From positions 9,259 through 73,258 of the forward strand of contig VMFR01000001.1 in NCBI GenBank assembly GCA_007376135.1: a DNA stretch of 64,000 nt, read 5' to 3'. A program made the translations under genes and the position numbers. This document shows positions 27,313 to 37,600 of the stretch, piece by piece (positions within the stretch are counted from its first letter, which is position 1; each line of letters begins with the position of its first letter). The notes below the pieces were generated by a model that worked only from the letters and a program-made list of their open reading frames with translations, searched no databases and had not been told where the DNA came from. This DNA is from Parcubacteria group bacterium Gr01-1014_31 (GTDB lineage Bacteria; Patescibacteriota; Patescibacteriia; Buchananbacterales; GWA2-38-13).

Positions 27313-28326
27313 ATGCAAAAAAAATTACCCCTCGTCGTTGCGTTCAGCGTGCTGCTGTGGGCAGCCGCTGCCTGTACCCCGGCCCAGCGCTTGTCGTGGG
27401 TACCGGCCAACGGGCCGGCCGCTTCGCCGACCCCGCACCCGGTGTCGCTCCCTTCCTTGCGGGCCAAGCCGCTGGATGGCGGGGATTTCAAGCTCGGCAA
27501 AGTGCTTTCCGCCAATGAGGCCTACACGCGGTACTCTATTACCTATCGCAGCGGGGAATTGAAAATCTCCGGCATCATGAACGTGCCCAACGGGAAGGGG
27601 CCGTATCCGCTGCTGCTGCTTAATCATGGCTACATCGACCCGGCCGTCTATACCAACGGGCGCGGTCTGAAGCGCGAGCAGGACTATCTGGTGAGGGAGG
27701 GCTACGTCGTGCTGCACTCCGATTACCGCAACCACGCGGGTTCCGACCGGGAACCCGACCCCGAACAGCGTTTCCGGATGGGCTATGCAGAGGACGTAAT
27801 GAACGCCATCGCCGCTGTCCGCGCCGCGAATCTTTCGTTCGTGGACGCGACGCGGGTGGGGATGCTCGGCCATTCGATGGGCGGCGGCGTGACGTTGCAG
27901 TTGATGGCGGCCAAGCCCGACCTCATTGCGGCGGCGGTGCTGTTCGCGCCGGTGTCGGGCGACGTGCGGGACAATTTCGAGCGCTGGACCAAGCAGCGGC
28001 CCAGCACCACGGAAAAGATCATCGCTGCGTACGGCCGTCCGGAAGATAACCCCGCGTTCTGGGACCATATGTCGCCGTTGACCTACGTGAATGAATTTCT
28101 CACTCCGGTGCAGATCCACCATGGCACCGATGATGACGACGTGCCGCTCGAGTGGTCCGACCGGCTCTACACCCGGCTTCAGGCGGCGGGAAAAGAAAGC
28201 CAATTCTTCGTCTACCGCGGCGAACCGCACGAATTCATCAACGCCTGGCCGGCGGTGATGCGCCGGACGACGCAGTTTTTCGATACCCACCTGCAGTTGC
28301 CTACCATTCCATCAGCAGCACGCTGA
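27313..28326 (+). CDS. lipoprotein alpha/beta-hydrolase (S9 peptidase/dienelactone hydrolase-like)
   Basis: signal ...LLWAAAAC; nucleophile elbow GHSMGG; C-terminal His region. Confidence 0.65.
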   Translation: MQKKLPLVVAFSVLLWAAAACTPAQRLSWVPANGPAASPTPHPVSLPSLRAKPLDGGDFKLGKVLSANEAYTRYSITYRSGELKISGIMNVPNGKGPYPLLLLNHGYIDPAVYTNGRGLKREQDYLVREGYVVLHSDYRNHAGSDREPDPEQRFRMGYAEDVMNAIAAVRAANLSFVDATRVGMLGHSMGGGVTLQLMAAKPDLIAAAVLFAPVSGDVRDNFERWTKQRPSTTEKIIAAYGRPEDNPAFWDHMSPLTYVNEFLTPVQIHHGTDDDDVPLEWSDRLYTRLQAAGKESQFFVYRGEPHEFINAWPAVMRRTTQFFDTHLQLPTIPSAAR

Positions 28327-28624
28327 GGAACGCGAGGGCTAGGCCGATGCGGTTAGCGAGCGTCAATTCTTCGCGGAAGAGGTAGGCGCCGACCAGCACG
28401 GCGGCGGCGAGGTTGGCGACCGTGAAGACGGTAATGGCCCGAGCCAGTCCTTCCTGGCGGAGCGAGAACGCCCAGAAGACCGATCCGGCGAAGTACACGC
28501 CCAGCCCAAGGACCAGCAAGGTGGTGCGCTCGGTGCGCGACCACTGCTTGAACAGCACGTCGCCGGCGACCTCCAGGATGACTGCCGCCGCGATCAAGGC
28601 GATGAACATCAGCCGGGTTTGCAT
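28301..28624 (-). CDS. SMR-family small multidrug-resistance-type transporter (4 TM)
   Basis: 107 aa, conserved Glu in TM1 (ILEVAGD), four hydrophobic segments; -10 TATAAT 8 nt upstream of ATG (near-leaderless). Confidence 0.6.
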   Translation of the reverse strand: MQTRLMFIALIAAAVILEVAGDVLFKQWSRTERTTLLVLGLGVYFAGSVFWAFSLRQEGLARAITVFTVANLAAAVLVGAYLFREELTLANRIGLALAFLSVLLMEW

Positions 28625-28651
28625 ACGCTTGGATTATAGCATGCGGGCCGG

Positions 28652-28680
28652 TTGAAAAATCGCGCGTTTTGTGCTATTAT
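28652..28680 (+). promoter_or_regulatory. sigma70-like promoter TTGAAA-N17-TATTAT for rsmI
   Basis: hexamers at 28652-28657 and 28675-28680. Confidence 0.55.
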
Positions 28681-28698
28681 TGCAGCACATTATTTGTT

Positions 28699-29364
28699 AT
28701 GGGAACTCTGTACGTGGTGGCCACACCCATCGGGAATCTGGCCGACATTACGCAGCGCGCGATCGACACCCTGCGCGCAGCCGACCTGATCGCCTGCGAG
28801 GATACGCGCCACACCTCGATCCTGCTGCGCCACCTTGGCATTGCCGCGCCGCTCACCAGCTACCATCAGCATAGCGGTCCGGTAAAAATCGAGCAGGTCG
28901 TGCGCGCCCTGGGAGAAGGGAAGAAGGTCGCGGTCGTGACGGACGCCGGCACGCCGGGTGTGAATGACCCTGGCGGCAAGCTGGTAGCTGCCGCGGCCGC
29001 TGCCGGGAATCAGATCGTCCCCATCCCCGGCCCGTCGGCAATCGTTGCCGCGCTTTCCGTGTCGGGGCTCCCGGCCGATGATTTCCGTTTTCTTGGTTTT
29101 TTGCCGCACAAGAAGGGGCGGCAGACGGCCATCGCCGGCATCGCGGCGGCCGAGACGACCGTAGTGTTCTACGAGTCCACTCATCGCATTCTGAAAACAC
29201 TGCAGCAGTTGGCCGACGCGCTCACTGCGGATCGCCCCGTCGTGGTGTGCAGGGAATTGACCAAGCAGTTTGAAACCGTCTACCGCGGCAGTTGCCAAGA
29301 GGTACTGCAGCAGTTGCAGGCCGGCGTTACCAAAGGGGAGTTTGTCGTTGTAGTTGGATTCTGA
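28699..29364 (+). CDS. rsmI: 16S rRNA (cytidine1402-2'-O)-methyltransferase
   Basis: GTLYVVATPIGNLADIT...LIACEDTRHT tetrapyrrole-methylase fold; start ATG 28699. Confidence 0.85.
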   Translation: MGTLYVVATPIGNLADITQRAIDTLRAADLIACEDTRHTSILLRHLGIAAPLTSYHQHSGPVKIEQVVRALGEGKKVAVVTDAGTPGVNDPGGKLVAAAAAAGNQIVPIPGPSAIVAALSVSGLPADDFRFLGFLPHKKGRQTAIAGIAAAETTVVFYESTHRILKTLQQLADALTADRPVVVCRELTKQFETVYRGSCQEVLQQLQAGVTKGEFVVVVGF

Positions 29365-29379
29365 TCTGTTCTCGGCTCG

Positions 29380-29790
29380 TTATTGGGCAATCAATTCACA
29401 ATCGATGGTGCATTGGCACCATTTGTTACCAAATTCCATGGTTTTCGAAGATGCGTTACACCACCAGGCACTACCAGGGTTGTGACCTTCACATAGGCTG
29501 CCCACAGGGCAATTGTTGGAAACCTTTCCCCGAATAGTTTGGAGATTTGATTCCACTAAATTGTTTTGCTCGATTAACTCTACTTTCTGTGTAATCAAAG
29601 CTTCCCCATCCTTTTTTGCTTGGTTGAGTGCAGTATTCGTTTCCATGTACCGCTTTGTCGCTAGTTTAGACTCTCTATGAAGTGTCCCCACCCATCGGGC
29701 GAGTTGTCTATTAGTGTTCCATAATGTTACTAGTTGAGCGGAAAGAATAGCCGATCCGATGATTAGCCCTACCAAGATGATTTTTTTCAT
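29380..29790 (-). CDS. low-GC island gene 1: N-terminal TM anchor, coiled-coil region, C-terminal 6-Cys module (C-x5-C-x10-C-x13-C-x-C-x3-C)
   Basis: ORF track; local GC ~42% versus ~65% genome; paralogue of next gene. Confidence 0.55.
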   Translation of the reverse strand: MKKIILVGLIIGSAILSAQLVTLWNTNRQLARWVGTLHRESKLATKRYMETNTALNQAKKDGEALITQKVELIEQNNLVESNLQTIRGKVSNNCPVGSLCEGHNPGSAWWCNASSKTMEFGNKWCQCTIDCELIAQ

Positions 29791-29816
29791 AACTTTGTTC
29801 TGATTTATTGCTACCT

Positions 29817-30260
29817 TTAGCGTTCGGATGGCCGGGAAGCCACCTCACATTCTTCGGTGCATGTGCAGAAATTTGGCGCAAGCCCACGATCTACATAGTT
29901 CCCATTCTGGTCACACCTGAAACCAGAACCTCGGGTTTTACCTCTACAGCTATTTTCTTTGAGACAAATTATGGGCGTGGGGCTAGTTAAATTTTCATAG
30001 AATTTTACCCCAGCTGAGTTGCCCTCTAGAGATTGGCGAAGCGAAGTTATTTCACTCGACAACAGTGCATTTGAGGTTTGTGTAGCCTTGAGGTTCTGTT
30101 CAATCACCTGAGTTTCTAGGCCTAATGTTTCACGGTAACGGAGCAATGAATCAACGGTTGAAAGGAATATGTTATTATTAAGTGCGAACACTAACGTAAA
30201 AGCTGCCAAGAAAACAATGAGTGTACCGAACATCCCGATCCAGGCGTCGATTATTTTCAT
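29817..30260 (-). CDS. low-GC island gene 2: paralogous TM anchor + coiled coil + 6-Cys module (C-x5-C-x10-C-x15-C-x-C-x3-C)
   Basis: start at ATG 30260 (MKIIDAWIGMFG...); same Cys framework as gene 1. Confidence 0.55.
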   Translation of the reverse strand: MKIIDAWIGMFGTLIVFLAAFTLVFALNNNIFLSTVDSLLRYRETLGLETQVIEQNLKATQTSNALLSSEITSLRQSLEGNSAGVKFYENLTSPTPIICLKENSCRGKTRGSGFRCDQNGNYVDRGLAPNFCTCTEECEVASRPSER

Positions 30261-30315
30261 AGAAATACTTGTGAGGAGTAACAATTCACCTTCATCCTAG
30301 CATATTTTTTCTGAC

Positions 30316-31779
30316 ATGCCCAAGAAGTTCTACGTCACCACGTCCATTCCCTACGTCAATGCCGCGCCCCACATCGGGTTCGCGCTGGAGCTGGCGCAGA
30401 CGGATGCCATTGCGCGCTGGCAACGGCAGCACAAACGTGACGTTTTTTTTCTGACGGGCGCCGACGAGAACAGCCTCAAGAACGTCCGTGCGGCCGAAGC
30501 CGAAAAGATGTCCACGCCGGAGCTGGTCATCCGCAATACGCAGCGTTTTTCCGACCTCGGCAAGGCGTTGAACATCTCGAACAGCGCGTTCATTCGGACG
30601 TCATTGCCCGAGCATCACGCCGGTGCTCAGGCGCTGTGGCGCGCCTGCAAGTCGGAGGATATCTATCGTAAGAGCTATCAGGGGTTGTACTGTGTGGGGT
30701 GCGAGACGTTCTACTTGGAAAAGGACCTGGTCGGCGGCACCTGCCCCGAGCACCGCACCGTCCCCGAGCTCGTCAATGAGGAGAACTACTTTTTCCGCCT
30801 CTCCGCCTACCAGCAGCGCCTGCTGCAGCTGATCAACGACGGCACCCTGGAGATCATTCCGGAGGGTCGGCGTAACGAGATCACCAGCTTCATCAGCATG
30901 GGATTGGAGGATTTCAGCATTTCGCGCTCGCGCACTCGGGCTAAGGACTGGGGCGTGGATGTGCCGGGCGATCCGGGCCAGGTGATGTACGTCTGGTTCG
31001 ATGCGTTGTCCAATTACTTGACGGCGCTGGGCTACGGGCAGAAACCCGCTCCGCGCTACAAGCGCTATTGGCCAGCCGACCTGCATGTCATCGGCAAGGG
31101 GATCACCCGTTTTCACGCGGTGTACTGGCCGGCGATGCTGTTGTCCGCGGGTGTCCCGTTGCCCAGGCGTATCTTTGTCCACGGCTACATTACCGTCGGC
31201 GGGGGAAAGATCTCCAAGTCGTTGGGGAACACCGTCGATCCGTTCGCGCTGATCGATGAGTTCGGCGCCGACCCGGTGCGCTACTACTTGCTGCGCTACG
31301 TCCACCCCACCCAGGACAGCGATTTTTCTGCCGAGAAGGTCGCCGAAGCGTACCAGGCCGACCTGGCCAATGGGCTGGGCAATCTGACCTCGCGGGTGAC
31401 CGGTCTGATCGAACAGAGCAAGATGGAGATCACCCCGCGGAAGCTTCCGTCGCCGTCCAAAGAGTTGGCGGCGGCGATGGCCTCCTTCGATTTCAATGAA
31501 GCGTTGCGACTGGTCTGGGAAGAGGTGCGTCGGACCGACGCGCTCATCGCGGCGGCGGAACCCTGGAAGCTGGCCAAGGCCGGCAAGACCACACAGCTCA
31601 AGACGGTCCTGGCCAAGGCCCTGACGGGATTGGCCACCGCCGCGTTCTGGCTGGAGCCGTTCCTGCCGGCGACGGCGGAAAAGATCCAAAACTCACTGGC
31701 GGTGCGTCCCATGGTCAAAGTGGCGCCGCTGTTCCCGCGCCTTGAAATCAAAGAGCCTGCGGCTCCAGCCCAGGTCTAA
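30316..31779 (+). CDS. metG: methionyl-tRNA synthetase (short form without C-terminal tRNA-binding extension)
   Basis: HIGH-like PYVNAAPHIGF, zinc knuckle CxxC...CxxC, KISKS. Confidence 0.9.
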   Translation: MPKKFYVTTSIPYVNAAPHIGFALELAQTDAIARWQRQHKRDVFFLTGADENSLKNVRAAEAEKMSTPELVIRNTQRFSDLGKALNISNSAFIRTSLPEHHAGAQALWRACKSEDIYRKSYQGLYCVGCETFYLEKDLVGGTCPEHRTVPELVNEENYFFRLSAYQQRLLQLINDGTLEIIPEGRRNEITSFISMGLEDFSISRSRTRAKDWGVDVPGDPGQVMYVWFDALSNYLTALGYGQKPAPRYKRYWPADLHVIGKGITRFHAVYWPAMLLSAGVPLPRRIFVHGYITVGGGKISKSLGNTVDPFALIDEFGADPVRYYLLRYVHPTQDSDFSAEKVAEAYQADLANGLGNLTSRVTGLIEQSKMEITPRKLPSPSKELAAAMASFDFNEALRLVWEEVRRTDALIAAAEPWKLAKAGKTTQLKTVLAKALTGLATAAFWLEPFLPATAEKIQNSLAVRPMVKVAPLFPRLEIKEPAAPAQV

Positions 31780-31802
31780 ATCGATCATCTATTGGTCGCT
31801 GT

Positions 31803-32354
31803 ATGATCACGCTGAGTCTGCCGGACTTTGTGATGGTGCTGGTGATCGTGTGCTTTGGGGCGTTCGGTTTCGCGCTCGGATTGATCCAGGTGGTCGGCAG
31901 CCTCGTGGGGATGGTGGTTGGCGCGTGGCTCGCCAGCCTCTCCTATTCGCCGCTGAGCAGGCAGATGAGCCAATACTTTTTGGGTCGGACCGGGGCGGCT
32001 GATGCGACCGCCTTTCTTATCGTCTTTTTGCTGGTCAACCGGCTGTCGGCGGCCGTGTTCTTCGTTCTCAACCGCGTATTTCGCCTCTTGTCCTTCATTC
32101 CGTTCCTGAAGACGTTCAATCGGATCCTGGGCGCCGCCTTTGGTTTTTTGGAAGGCGCACTGCTGCTGGGTATTATTCTGCGCGCCGCGCAGCACTTTAG
32201 CGCGTTTCCGTGGGTGACCCAGCTGATCGGCGAATCGAAGATCGCCGGTTTCCTCCTGGCGTTGGTACAGCTCGCGTCTCCGCTCTTACCCGCGCTCTTG
32301 TCGGTCGTTCGGCCCGCTTCCCCCATACCCAATGAGCAGCTTCCGGTTATTTGA
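31803..32354 (+). CDS. CvpA-family membrane protein
   Basis: 4 TM, N-terminal LPDFVMVLVIVCFGAFGF pattern typical of CvpA; weak. Confidence 0.45.
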   Translation: MITLSLPDFVMVLVIVCFGAFGFALGLIQVVGSLVGMVVGAWLASLSYSPLSRQMSQYFLGRTGAADATAFLIVFLLVNRLSAAVFFVLNRVFRLLSFIPFLKTFNRILGAAFGFLEGALLLGIILRAAQHFSAFPWVTQLIGESKIAGFLLALVQLASPLLPALLSVVRPASPIPNEQLPVI

Positions 32355-33162
32355 TTCTCACGCCCACGTCAATTTCGTCGCGTTCGAAGACGATTGGCGC
32401 GCGGTGTTGGATGACTGCCAGCGGCACGGCGTGGCCGTTACCTTGGTAGGGTCACAGTTGCCGACCAGCCGTCGTGCCATCGAGCTGGCCGAACTCTATC
32501 CGGAGGGTGTGTACGCTGCCGTCGGTCTGCATCCGGTGCATGTTGCCGACCAGCCGCAGCCGTTCCGCGTCGAGGACTACGCCGCCATGATTTCCGCGTC
32601 GTCCAGGGTGGTCGCCATCGGGGAAACCGGCATCGATCATTTTCGTCTGCCGGCGGGACGCGAGGCCCAAGATCTGGAACGTCAGCGCGAGGTGTTCATT
32701 GCTCAACTGCGTTTGGCGCGCGACCATGAACTGGCATTGGTGATTCATACGCGCGAACATCCCACGAAGCCGCCCGCCGCGTATGCCGAGGTTTTGGGGA
32801 TCCTGCGGCGCGAGCAGGCCGCAGGCTTGCCGCAGGGCGTCATCCATTGTTTTTTGGGCACCGTTGAGGAGGCCGAGGCGTTCACTGCGTTGGGGCTGTA
32901 CGTCGGCATCACCGGCATCATCACGTTCGAAAAAAGGTCCGAGCAGTTGCGCCGCGTGGCCGCTGCCGTGCCGCTCGAGCGGCTGGTGGTGGAAACCGAT
33001 AGCCCGTATCTGGCGCCGCAATCCTACCGCGGCAAGCGCAATCAGCCGCAGTACGTCGCGCACGTCGTGGAGGAGATCGCCCGCTGCAAGGGGGTAAGTG
33101 CGGCGGTCGCCGCTGAGCAAACGAGTGAGAATGCGCGGCGGCTTTTCGGCATAAAAAATTGA
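32332..33162 (+). CDS. TatD-family metal-dependent hydrolase/DNase
   Basis: FDSHAHVNF ... IGETGIDH ... ETDSPYLAP. Confidence 0.85.
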   Translation: MSSFRLFDSHAHVNFVAFEDDWRAVLDDCQRHGVAVTLVGSQLPTSRRAIELAELYPEGVYAAVGLHPVHVADQPQPFRVEDYAAMISASSRVVAIGETGIDHFRLPAGREAQDLERQREVFIAQLRLARDHELALVIHTREHPTKPPAAYAEVLGILRREQAAGLPQGVIHCFLGTVEEAEAFTALGLYVGITGIITFEKRSEQLRRVAAAVPLERLVVETDSPYLAPQSYRGKRNQPQYVAHVVEEIARCKGVSAAVAAEQTSENARRLFGIKN

Positions 33163-33181
33163 ATAATTTTAGGCGCGGGGG

Positions 33182-33210
33182 TTGACACGCCCATCGCTTT
33201 GTGGTATTCT
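33182..33210 (+). promoter_or_regulatory. sigma70 promoter TTGACA-N17-TATTCT with TGn extended -10
   Basis: hexamers 33182-33187 and 33205-33210; TG at 33202-33203. Confidence 0.55.
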
Positions 33211-33267
33211 CGTTTCGCTTCATTCAGCGATTGTTTCGTTGAACAAGCGTTTGACGTTTGGTCTGTC

Positions 33268-33298
33268 TGCCAACGGTGGCAGATTGCCACCGTTGGCA
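33268..33298 (+). repeat. 31-bp perfect palindrome TGCCAACGGTGGCA-GAT-TGCCACCGTTGGCA in the leader of the NYN gene
   Basis: 14-bp perfect inverted repeat, 3-nt spacer; sits just 5' of a strong SD/9-codon uORF. Confidence 0.7.
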
Positions 33299-33322
33299 CC
33301 CTCGGGAAAGGAGGTAGTTGCA

Positions 33323-33352
33323 ATGCAGAACCGTCGTACGTTCACAATTTGA
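33323..33352 (+). CDS. 9-codon upstream ORF MQNRRTFTI with strong SD (GAAAGGAGG)
   Basis: followed by GC-rich hairpin plus TGTTTTT (33371-33399) then the SD of the main gene; leader-peptide-like layout. Confidence 0.25.
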   Translation: MQNRRTFTI

Positions 33353-33440
33353 CAGTTCGTCAACGTTTAGGGGCGCGCGCGTAGCGATGCCCTGTTTTTC
33401 CACCCTTGATTCCACGCCGTCGTGCGCAGAAGGAGCACCC

Positions 33441-34523
33441 ATGTCCTATGAGTGGAAAAGAGGTGGAGAGAGTGTAAAGGTGTCGTTCCGCGTGAACGAC
33501 CGACCCCCGCCCGAAACTTCGGGACTCTCGGTGGTTGGAACCGATATGGTGGAGCGATTTCGCAGCCGCTATATCGGGATTGTCGCCGCGCCCGGCGAGC
33601 CGCAAACCGAAGCCATGCGCAAGGCGGTATTCCCCGCCAACCGGATGGTCGAGGATGCCCTCGACGCGCTCGCGCGGCACTGTCGTCCTCCCTGGCGGCT
33701 CTCGTGCTATCTGATGACGCGGGAGACGGTTTTCTCGGCCTACGAGGTCGATTATTTCAGGGCCAAGAACCTGAAACTCGACCCGGAAGAGCTCTTCCAA
33801 TCCCTGCTGTTGCGCTGTCACCATCTGGAGCAGCGTTTGAGCGCGGAAGTCCGCGCACGGGAAGGGTTGGAGCAGCAGCTCGCCGATATTGGCGAGCAGG
33901 TGCAGTGGATCGCCGCGCGGCGGCGGCGATGCGCGGTGGTCGTTGACTACCCGAATTTCCGCCAGTCGGTGCAAGCCGAAGCGGCCCGTCTGCCGTTGGA
34001 GCAAACCACCCTCACCGGTGCGGTCGAAGCCATCCGTTGGTATGCGGCAACCTGGCCGCGTGAAGTGGTCGCGGTCCAAGTCGTGGACCACTTCCGTCCG
34101 ACCGAACTGGACTTCCATCGAGCCCTCGAGGTTCATGGCTACAATTTTGTGGCCGCGCCCCCGGACGAACGGGTCAACACCACCGACCAGGTGGTGCGCG
34201 ACGAAGCGCTGCGACTGGCGCAACGCCAGGATCTTCGGCTGCAGGAGCTTTTCCTGTTCACCGGCGACGGTGATTTCGCGCCGCTGGTCCGCACGCTCCG
34301 GGACGAGTATGGGCTCAAAGTGTTCGTGGCCGGATTCCTCGGTCACGTCTCTCAGGCCCTGACCAACCTCGTACCGGTCATCTATCTGGACCACATCGTT
34401 CCGTTACCGCCACCCAGGTACTGGGTGGAACTCAAGGCCGTCGAGCTGGCCTCGGAGAGCGGCCCAAGTCCGTCGCCATCGGCGTCCGACTCGCCGTCTT
34501 CTGCACCCCCCGCGAATCCGTAA
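33441..34523 (+). CDS. protein with C-terminal NYN (LabA-like, PIN-related RNase) domain and ~190-aa unknown N-terminal domain
   Basis: SD GAAGGAG 5 nt before ATG 33441; C-terminal AVVVDYPNF...DHFRPTELD...LFLFTGDGDFAPLV...GLKVFVAGF. Confidence 0.6.
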   Translation: MSYEWKRGGESVKVSFRVNDRPPPETSGLSVVGTDMVERFRSRYIGIVAAPGEPQTEAMRKAVFPANRMVEDALDALARHCRPPWRLSCYLMTRETVFSAYEVDYFRAKNLKLDPEELFQSLLLRCHHLEQRLSAEVRAREGLEQQLADIGEQVQWIAARRRRCAVVVDYPNFRQSVQAEAARLPLEQTTLTGAVEAIRWYAATWPREVVAVQVVDHFRPTELDFHRALEVHGYNFVAAPPDERVNTTDQVVRDEALRLAQRQDLRLQELFLFTGDGDFAPLVRTLRDEYGLKVFVAGFLGHVSQALTNLVPVIYLDHIVPLPPPRYWVELKAVELASESGPSPSPSASDSPSSAPPANP

Positions 34524-34543
34524 CTTCGTGGGCCCACTCCGTT

Positions 34544-34577
34544 CCGCCGCTTCATTCTCGGAGCGGCGGTTTTTTTC
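34544..34577 (+). terminator. rho-independent terminator after NYN gene
   Basis: CCGCCGCT / AGCGGCGG stem, 10-nt loop, T8. Confidence 0.75.
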
Positions 34578-34580
34578 GGC

Positions 34581-34610
34581 TTGTGCGCGGCGGCAAACGG
34601 CGGCTACAAT
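34581..34610 (+). promoter_or_regulatory. sigma70-like promoter TTGTGC-N18-TACAAT for helicase-nuclease gene
   Basis: hexamers 34581-34586 and 34605-34610, 12 nt upstream of ATG 34623. Confidence 0.5.
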
Positions 34611-34622
34611 AGGGTGGTTCCT

Positions 34623-37600
34623 ATGTCCTCGGACCTGCTCGCCAATTTGAACGATGCGCAGCGCGCGGCCGTCACCCACGGCGATGGGCCGCTGTTGATC
34701 GTGGCCGGCGCGGGAACGGGCAAAACGACGGTGGTGACCTCGCGAGTGGCGTGGCTCATCACGCAGGGCAAAGCGAACGCGGACGGCGTACTGGCGCTGA
34801 CGTTCACCGACAAGGCCGCCGGGGAAATGGAGGAGCGCATCGACCGGCTGGTGCCGTACGGCACCGTCGACCTGTGGGTCTCGACGTTCCACGGATTTTG
34901 CCAGCGGGTCTTGGCCGCGCATGCCGTGGACATCGGGCTGCCGGGCAATTTCCGTCTGCTGAACGCGACCCAGCAGTGGCTGCTGGTGCGTGAGCATTTG
35001 GATGAGTTTAAACTTAAGTATTACCGGCCGTTGGGCAATCCGGCGAAATTCATCCACGCGCTGCTCTCCCATTTTGGCCGCGCCAAGGACGAGGCTGTCA
35101 GTCCGGAGGAATACCTGCGGTTCGGCAAGGAGCTGGCCCTCAACACGGACACCGACCGATTCGTGTCGCAGATCCTGACCGAGGACGAGCGCGCGCAGCT
35201 GACGGCCGGGGAGGTGCGCGAATTGGCGGCCATGGAGATCAGCAAGATCAACGAGGTGGCCGAGGCATACTTTACGTACCAGCGGCTGTTGCTAGACCAA
35301 GGCGCACTGGATTTCGGCGATCTCATCACCTCCATGCTGCGGCTGCTGCGCGAGCGTCCCAAGCTGTTGGCCCAGTATCGAGCGCAGTTCAAGTACGTAC
35401 TGGTGGATGAATTTCAAGATACCAACTGGGCGCAGTACGAATTGGTCAAGCTGCTGGCGGAACCGAAGCGCAACATTACCGTGGTGGGCGACGACGACCA
35501 GTCTATCTATAAATTCCGCGGCGCGTCGGTCGCCAACATTTTACAGTTCAAGGACGATTACCCCCAGGCGCGCGAGATCTTTTTGACCACCAACTACCGT
35601 TCGCGGCAGGGCATCCTGGACGCCAGTTACCAGGCCATCCAGCGCAACAATCCTGAGCGTTTGGAGGTCATTTTGGCGGCGCGCAACGCGGGGAAGGGCT
35701 TGTCCAAGCGATTGACTGCCGTACGAAGGGGCGATGCGGCGTTGCAGGTGATCGTCGCTCCGACGGCCGAAGACGAGGTGCGGCAAGTGGTCGGTATGAT
35801 CCGCGAACGCAAGGAAAAAGATCCGGCTTTGAATTGGTCGGATTTCGCGGTGCTGGCGCGCGCCAACGACCACCTCAACGGGTTCGATTACGGCCTGCAG
35901 CAGGCTAGTATCCCGTACCTGCTGTATTCTTCGCGCGGCCTGTACACGAAACCCGTCGTGCTGGACGTCGTCGCGCTCCTGCGGCTGCTGGACAATTACC
36001 ACGAGAGTCCGGCGATGTACCGGGTGCTGACTTGGGCGGTTTGGGACCTGCCGCAGGCGGCGTTGGTTGCCCTCAACTACTGGGCGCACCGCAAGGCGCG
36101 CTCGCTCTACCACGTGGCGCGCGATGCGTCCGGCGTGCCGGAGCTCGACGACGAGGTACGCGCCAAGCTCTCCGCCGTCGTCGCCTTGGTGGACGAACTG
36201 GCAAAATTGACGCGTGAGAAAACCGCCCGTGAGGTCGTGTTGGAGCTGCTGCAGCGGTCCGGGTACCTGGCATGGCTGACGGGCAGTGAAGACGCGCGTC
36301 GGCTGGAGCAGGTCGGCTACCTCAACCAGTTCTTCCGCGTTTTGACCAATTTTGAAACGACGGCGGCGGATCGCAGCGTGCGCGCATTCTTGCGTCAGTT
36401 CACGCTCGAGCTGGAGGCGGGGGAGGCCGGTGCGCTGGCGCCGGAGCTGGAGCAGGGTCCGGACGCCGTGCGGCTGATGACCGTGCATGCGGCCAAGGGG
36501 CTGGAATTCTCCCATGTCTTCGTGGTCAATATGGCCGAGCGGCGGTTCCCGACGACCGAACGCGCCGAGACCATCCCGTTGCCCGCCGGCCTCATCAAGG
36601 AGCGATTGCCGGGCGGGGATGTGCACCTGCAGGAGGAGCGCCGGCTCTTATACGTGGCCGTCACGCGAGCCAAGGATTCCATTACCTTCAGCTATGCTCA
36701 GCGGTACGGCGGCACGAGAGCAAAAAAGCCCAGTCCGTTTTTGGCCGAGCTCAATCTCGTGCCGCCCGAGGAAGCGGCGCGTCCTGTCGGGGTTGTACCG
36801 CAACTGGATCTGGAGGCTGGTGAGAGCCATGCGTTGCCCAAGGGGCGGCATGAGTTTTACCGCATGCCCGTAAAGTTCTCGTACTCGCAATTGAAGGCGT
36901 ATGAGACCTGCCCGTGGAAATACCGTTTCGCTTTCCTGCTGCGTGTTCCGGTGCGCGGCCGCGCCGTCTTCAGTTTCGGCCAAACCATTCACGCCGTGCT
37001 GCAGCGGACCTACGAGCTGGTGGTAAATCGTCAGGGAGCGGCACAAACCACGCTGTTCGACTCTCCGCGCGGCGGCGGGGCCCGGCCCGTGGGCGAGCTG
37101 GTGCGGCTGGAGGAATTGCGGCAGCTGTATCGCGACTGCTGGGTGGATGATTGGTATGAAAATCCACAGCGGAGAGAGGAGAATTTTGCTCACGGCTTGG
37201 AGCTTATCGCCGATTACTATGCGTTCATCAAAGACCAGGTGGTCAATCCCAAATACTTGGAGCAGGGGTTTAATTTGAAATTGGAAGATCAGGCGACCGG
37301 CCGTTCCCATATCCTGTTCGGCAAGATCGACCGCGTGGATGAGCGCGACGGCAAATTGTCACTCATCGATTACAAGACAGGAAAGCCCAAGGACAAGCTG
37401 GCCACCGAAGATAAGGAGCAGTTGCTCATCTACCAGTTGGCCGCGGCCGAGATCTTCGGCCAGCCCGTCACCAGCCTGACGCTCTACTACCTTGAGGGTA
37501 ACCGGCAGCAATCATTCCTCGGCACCGACAAGGATCTAGCACGGCTGAAAACCAAAGTGTTGACGGCGATCGCCGAGATCGAGCGCGGTCGGTTCGTACC

